A DNA stretch of 64,000 bases. Source: Thermoproteota archaeon (GTDB taxonomy: Archaea > Thermoproteota > Methanomethylicia > Culexarchaeales > Culexarchaeaceae). Where the stretch lies: contig JAJHRD010000002.1 of NCBI GenBank assembly GCA_020833005.1, positions 70,287 to 134,286 on the forward strand, in the 5' to 3' direction. Shown here piece after piece: positions 59,373 through 64,000 of the stretch. The position numbers and the translations under genes were made by a program. Every line of letters begins with the position of its first letter. Position 1 is the stretch's first letter. Under the pieces are notes generated by a model. The model searched no databases. It was not told where the DNA came from and saw only the letters and a program-made list of their open reading frames with translations.

Positions 59373-59412
59373 CTTTAAAAATAAATTATTGTAAAATAAT
59401 ATTTATTCTTTG

Positions 59413-61104
59413 TTAAAGCCATTTCGCTGTTAAATCATCCTTGAACGTTTTCACTTTGACACCTTTAAGAGGGAAAGTTGGTTGGCAATGGGTAAACTCC
59501 AAAATAGATACTGGCATTTCAATGTTAAAATTAATTAAAACTTTTGGATGAATTTCACCTATTAAGCCAATGCATCTATTTTTAACTTTCACAACAGCAA
59601 CTCTGCCACTTATAAATGATGGATGATTATACTGTTCTAGGGATGCCTCGACTCCAAGCCCATCCATTAATGACGTCAAAACTTCCTTAGCATCTGTAAA
59701 TGTAGCCCTTGAGGCTGAAATAGCAATGGCAGTATTTCTCTGAACATAAATGTCATCTTCCGACGGTATTGCCACATACCCTATTTCAAATATTTTTTGA
59801 GGATAAGCAGAATGTTTATTTTGTGAAAGGAAGCGTAGTAGATTCGGAGTTATCCAAAATCTATAACAATTGTACTCTTCACTAACTGGATTCACTAATC
59901 TCAATACATTTGCATTAGTGATATTCATTAGAGTTGTTTGATTAGCAATATTTGTTAATGTGAAGGTCATTACCTCCTGAAAGCCCATTCCAATGAGTAT
60001 TCCTCTGATTTTTCCTTCTAAAACTTCTATCAATGATGGTTTCCCAACAGTCATTATTGATGGGAGTTCGGGAGTTATATTCTCATATCCATAAGAGATC
60101 AGCATATCCTCAATAATATCAACGGGATGAAGAATGTCAACTCTATATGGGGGTATAATGACCTTGACCTCTCCATGATTTACCACTTCAGCTCCATAAC
60201 CCATTCTCCTCAATAGTGTTAAAGCTTCATTTAGGTTTATCCTCAAACCAGTAAGTTTATTGAACATCTCAACATTGACGTACATTTGTTTAGGCGTTAA
60301 ATCGGGGGTTATTTTGCTAAAATTGGGATATTTAATGGAAACTCTTTCCACAATGCCGCCTCTCTCAAGAATGTTACAGACAAGCACATTTAATGTTTGT
60401 TCAACAGCTTTCTCATCGGTTCCAGTCAATTCTATAAATAGATTCTTCGTAGATTCATTTACTCTAGTACGTGCTCCATTTATTATAGGAGGAAAGCTGA
60501 AAATACCTTTCCCATCAATGTATACTGGATAAGTCCCCTTTACAAGTGCAGAATAAGCTTTACCCTTAGGATGCTTAACCAATATTTCTTTAAGAGACAG
60601 CTCCTCCTCCATATCCAATGGAACCATCTTTTCATCCCCACTCACTTCAGTATATATTATTGGTGGCGTTATTTTGTCATAATCATGTATTCCTATAGCA
60701 ACCTTCCTTCTATTCCTACCTAAAGTTATATGTAAAGCCTCTTGCATGTTCATTAAACTCTTTATGAAAGCACTGTCAATAGTTAAATTTCTAATTATTG
60801 CGCACGCTATATATGGGCGTGTCTGAGCATCTTTAACGTAAACCTCCACGCAAGGTTTATTTGAAGACAAGAGAGCATATGTAGTGCAACTTAACTCGAT
60901 TTCAAAGAAGTTTCTTATAGCTCTGGATAACCCCTCAACGCTTAAGAGATCGGGGCGATCAGGCTCAAGTTCAACTATGACCTCTTCCCCCTCAACGTTT
61001 TTAATTTCCCCCTTAAATTGCCGTATAGCATAAAATATCTTTTCAACACTTTCCACACGACTAAACTTCATTAAATCATTTATATTGAAACTTAAGGTGG
61101 GCAT
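59413..61104 (-). CDS. pheT: Phenylalanyl-tRNA synthetase, beta subunit (archaeal type)
   Basis: 563 aa. B3/B4 and B5 domains and a class II-like C-terminal domain. Confidence 0.9.
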   Translation of the reverse strand: MPTLSFNINDLMKFSRVESVEKIFYAIRQFKGEIKNVEGEEVIVELEPDRPDLLSVEGLSRAIRNFFEIELSCTTYALLSSNKPCVEVYVKDAQTRPYIACAIIRNLTIDSAFIKSLMNMQEALHITLGRNRRKVAIGIHDYDKITPPIIYTEVSGDEKMVPLDMEEELSLKEILVKHPKGKAYSALVKGTYPVYIDGKGIFSFPPIINGARTRVNESTKNLFIELTGTDEKAVEQTLNVLVCNILERGGIVERVSIKYPNFSKITPDLTPKQMYVNVEMFNKLTGLRINLNEALTLLRRMGYGAEVVNHGEVKVIIPPYRVDILHPVDIIEDMLISYGYENITPELPSIMTVGKPSLIEVLEGKIRGILIGMGFQEVMTFTLTNIANQTTLMNITNANVLRLVNPVSEEYNCYRFWITPNLLRFLSQNKHSAYPQKIFEIGYVAIPSEDDIYVQRNTAIAISASRATFTDAKEVLTSLMDGLGVEASLEQYNHPSFISGRVAVVKVKNRCIGLIGEIHPKVLINFNIEMPVSILEFTHCQPTFPLKGVKVKTFKDDLTAKWL

Positions 61105-62712
61105 TTAGACCCCCCACAATGTTGGAATCCTCTTTGATCTTAGCCAATCTAAGTCATTGGAGAAAAGTAGTCGTATATCTTCTATCCCGAGAGCCACCAT
61201 AGCCAATCTATCTATCCCAAGTCCCCAAGCAAGAACTGTAGCTTTAATTCCAAGTGGGTACGTGACTTCAGGTCTGAAAATCCCTGCAGGTAATGCTTCA
61301 ATCCAACCCAATTTATCATGTTTAATGTACCCAACAACACTGGGTTCCGTGAATGGGAAATATGCTGGCTGAAATTTAACCTCCTTTATGCCAAAGGCTT
61401 CCGCAATAGTTTTTAAGAAGCCCAGCAAATGTTTAAAATTAACATCATATGATACAACTATACCCTCACACTGATTAAATTCCATTAAATGAGTTGCATC
61501 GATTTTATCAGGCCTATAATTTCTGTCAATCGTAAATATCTTCTTCGGCAAATCAGAGTCACTTAACTGAGATAAACAACGCACAGATACTGCTGTAGTC
61601 TGACTCCTCAATATACGTTTTAAAGCGAGTTCAGGATCCCAGTAACCCCAGCCTTTCGAACCAGTTTCCCAGCCGTTTTCATGAGTAGCTTTAACACGCT
61701 CCCATATTTCCCTCTCGCAGACTTTATCTAAATTCATCCGTTTATAATCAACATAGAAGACATCATGTATATCTCTTGCAGGATGATCTGAGGGCATGAA
61801 GAGGGCATCTGTATTCCAGAAGTTGACTTCTATTGGTGGACTAGTAACCTCTTCAAATCCCAATCCTATAAGTATTTCTCGAATTTCATCTATTATCTCC
61901 CTATATGGATGCTTCTTCCCAAAAATAAGTTTCTTTACAGGAGCGGAGACATCATAAGGTCTAAAGTAAAGATTAGACCACTCCCCAGAAACTATAATGT
62001 CCCTTGTAAGTTCATTAACTATTTTTATGTTTTTAATGTCCAATACATTACGAATTGAGAAAAGCTCCTTAATCATACTCAAAGCTTTTAAGCCAACTTG
62101 AGTTAATGAGGCTTTAACTTCCTTTACACTTCTATCCTTAATAATCCTCCCTCTCTTCCTCAGAGATCCCAGCAAAACAAGGTCTTCCTCAGAAAGTGGA
62201 AAGCCATTATTAATTTTACTTAATAGTATGTATGGAGGATAATTGTTTAGTAGGTCGGTAGCATTTTCAACCTTCAATTTTACAAGTCTATTTCCATTCA
62301 CTTTTTCAATAGAAATCCAACCCAATTTCACAGCCCAACTTAATCCTATCTTTAATTCAGCTTCACTCAATTGAAGATCTTCAATTAAAGATGCACCACC
62401 ATGCTCAATCAATTTCTTGATAACCCGTTGCTCTGGAAATAGTTGCTCTAAGTATTCCTCTCCTTCCACATCCAATTCATATGTGGATATAAGAACTTCT
62501 TCTACTGATATTAGATTCTTGACCTTTAGAGATTCAAAAGCCCATAACACAGAGTCCACTGATAACCCAGTTTTCTCAGAAACATCTTTTAATGTATGGG
62601 AAGTCTCTAAGGCAATCAAAACCTTCATTTCAATTGGATGAAGCATCCCTATGATTTTTTGAAGAAGATCTATTGAAATTGGAGCTCCATTACTCCCTCC
62701 CATATTACACAT
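61105..62712 (-). CDS. pheS: Phenylalanyl-tRNA synthetase, alpha subunit
   Basis: 535 aa. Class II motifs FRPE..........GLGIDRLAMV at the C-terminus, and N-terminal winged-helix repeats. Stop abuts the pheT start. Confidence 0.9.
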   Translation of the reverse strand: MCNMGGSNGAPISIDLLQKIIGMLHPIEMKVLIALETSHTLKDVSEKTGLSVDSVLWAFESLKVKNLISVEEVLISTYELDVEGEEYLEQLFPEQRVIKKLIEHGGASLIEDLQLSEAELKIGLSWAVKLGWISIEKVNGNRLVKLKVENATDLLNNYPPYILLSKINNGFPLSEEDLVLLGSLRKRGRIIKDRSVKEVKASLTQVGLKALSMIKELFSIRNVLDIKNIKIVNELTRDIIVSGEWSNLYFRPYDVSAPVKKLIFGKKHPYREIIDEIREILIGLGFEEVTSPPIEVNFWNTDALFMPSDHPARDIHDVFYVDYKRMNLDKVCEREIWERVKATHENGWETGSKGWGYWDPELALKRILRSQTTAVSVRCLSQLSDSDLPKKIFTIDRNYRPDKIDATHLMEFNQCEGIVVSYDVNFKHLLGFLKTIAEAFGIKEVKFQPAYFPFTEPSVVGYIKHDKLGWIEALPAGIFRPEVTYPLGIKATVLAWGLGIDRLAMVALGIEDIRLLFSNDLDWLRSKRIPTLWGV

Positions 62713-62825
62713 TTTAACTCTCCTTTTATATATTTATTCATTAACAGTCTTCCTAGTTTATAAGGTTTTAAGTACAATACGTAAACAAAATTCTTAAATA
62801 GAATTTACAATAGGGAAATTATATC

Positions 62826-63704
62826 ATGGAGATAAAAGGGATATATGTACCACATGTCACACCATTCAAACATGATGGGGAAATAGATAGAGAAGCTCTG
62901 AAAAAATGCATAGAGTTTTGGATCAATAGTGGAGTTAACGGCCTTGTAACATTAGGTAGTAATGGGGAATTCCCATACTTAACCTATGAGGAGAAGATAT
63001 CTGTAGTGAAAGATGTAATTGACTATGTTAATGGAAGAGTGAAGGTCATAGTGGGAACAGGAGCGCCGAGTACATATGAAACAATAAAATTCTCTAAAGA
63101 GATTTTAGATTTAGGGGGAGTGGATGCACTAATAATAGTTACACCCTACTACTTCCCACTATCATCAAATGAATTAATAGCCCATTATTCAGAAGTACTA
63201 AGTAAAGTGGATGCACCAATACTACTATATGATGTACCAAAATTCACTGGATATAGCATGGATGTAAGTGTAGTGGAAAAACTTGTAAAAGAGTACAGCA
63301 ATATTATAGGTATAAAGGATAGTACTGGAAACATGCTTCACATATCAGAAACCATAAGAACCGTGGGGGACAAAATTAGCGTATTGTCTGGGACTGCCGA
63401 ATTTATATTGCCAACATTAATGCTTGGAGGGAAAGGAGCAATAGTAGCTGTAGCGAATTTCATACCAGAACTCACAGTGAAACTCTATAATGACTTCATT
63501 ATGAAAAGATATGGAGAAGCTGCAAAAATCCAATTGAAAATAAATGCCATATGGAATGCTCTTAGAAAATTCAATCAGCTTTCAGCAGTAAAAGCCTGCA
63601 TGAATATAAGGAATATTAATGCAGGATATCCAAGAAGACCATCACTACCATTAAATGACAATGAAATGAACTATGTAAGAGAAATACTATCAAAGTACTT
63701 GTGA
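62826..63704 (+). CDS. DapA-family class I aldolase (dihydrodipicolinate synthase / KDG-aldolase-like)
   Basis: 292 aa. TPFKHDGEID..AL...I...I..GVNGLVTLGSNGEFPYLT and the Schiff-base region IGIKDSTGN. Confidence 0.75.
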   Translation: MEIKGIYVPHVTPFKHDGEIDREALKKCIEFWINSGVNGLVTLGSNGEFPYLTYEEKISVVKDVIDYVNGRVKVIVGTGAPSTYETIKFSKEILDLGGVDALIIVTPYYFPLSSNELIAHYSEVLSKVDAPILLYDVPKFTGYSMDVSVVEKLVKEYSNIIGIKDSTGNMLHISETIRTVGDKISVLSGTAEFILPTLMLGGKGAIVAVANFIPELTVKLYNDFIMKRYGEAAKIQLKINAIWNALRKFNQLSAVKACMNIRNINAGYPRRPSLPLNDNEMNYVREILSKYL

Positions 63705-63764
63705 AGAGTAAAACTTATTTAAATTTTATTCCTAAATAGATGATTGAATTGGTGATTGCCGAAG

Positions 63765-64000
63765 ATGGAGGAAAATGAGCAAAGTAAAAATATTGCTGAA
63801 TTGAAGGAAAGAGCTCAGAAGATTTTATCATTGCTAAAGCATGCATATCCAGATGTAAAGGGGACTGAACTGAATTTTAGCAATGCATGGGAATTGTTAG
63901 TTGCAACAGTATTAGCCGCACAAACACCAGATGCTAGAGTAAATGAAGTAACAAAAGTATTATTTCAAAGATATAGGTCAATAAAAGATTACGCTAAAGC
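63765..64000 (+). CDS. nth: Endonuclease III (Nth), 5' part. The gene runs past the window end.
   Basis: ATG at 63765. ...NFSNAWELLVATVLAAQTPDARVNEVTKVLF is the helix-hairpin-helix glycosylase N-terminus. Confidence 0.8.
   Translation, partial: MEENEQSKNIAELKERAQKILSLLKHAYPDVKGTELNFSNAWELLVATVLAAQTPDARVNEVTKVLFQRYRSIKDYAK

Noticed and set aside
59200-59394. 64-aa plus-strand ORF
   Set aside because: It is the antisense of the Cys-rich zinc-ribbon ORF and has no features of its own.
1-64000. Integrated element, integrase or transposase near the tRNA genes
   Set aside because: No integrase, transposase, or tRNA-fragment direct repeat was seen flanking any of the 11 tRNA genes. The Dcm/SPOUT pair next to tRNA-Ser is the only accessory-looking content.

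Overview
This is an AT-rich archaeal chromosomal window. The GC content looks well below 40% by eye, and no count was run. The tRNA genes are GC-rich and two of them carry short introns. The organism is most likely a crenarchaeon of the Sulfolobales. Two things support this: rpoB is a single unsplit gene while rpoA is split into A' and A'' genes, and the Orc1/Cdc6 and TFB proteins closely match Sulfolobus Cdc6-1 and TFB as recalled from memory, not from a database search.

Nearly all of the window is conserved housekeeping sequence. It contains four recognisable blocks:
- The S19e, PDCD5-like, L39e, L31e, eIF6, LX, prefoldin-alpha and FtsY block.
- The SecE, Spt5, L11, L1, L10 and L12 block, followed by alaS.
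- The rpoH, rpoB, rpoA1, rpoA2, L30e and NusA block, which continues to S7, EF-1alpha and S10.
- A nop5 and fibrillarin pair, pyrD and pyrK, carA and carB, argF, pheS and pheT, a tfb plus gar1 plus srp19 plus S8e group, and a cdc6-1 gene preceded by an AT-rich candidate replication origin.

I place 11 tRNA genes. tRNA-Leu(CAG) and tRNA-Ser(GCT) each carry an anticodon-loop intron.

The parts that do not fit the housekeeping pattern are these:
- rps12 lies on the opposite strand, separated from rps7 by a four-gene 2-oxoacid:ferredoxin oxidoreductase operon.
- A hexapeptide-repeat acyltransferase gene sits between nusA and rps12.
- A tightly coupled pair of a C5-cytosine methyltransferase and a SPOUT-fold methyltransferase follows the intron-bearing tRNA-Ser.
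- An orphan hypE and a NikR-like regulator are present without other hydrogenase genes.
- The L10 and L12 genes share an identical 140-bp 3' tail.

I found no CRISPR array, integrase or transposase.

All calls were made by eye from the sequence and the supplied ORF track, so coordinates of RNA genes and alternative start codons carry some uncertainty.
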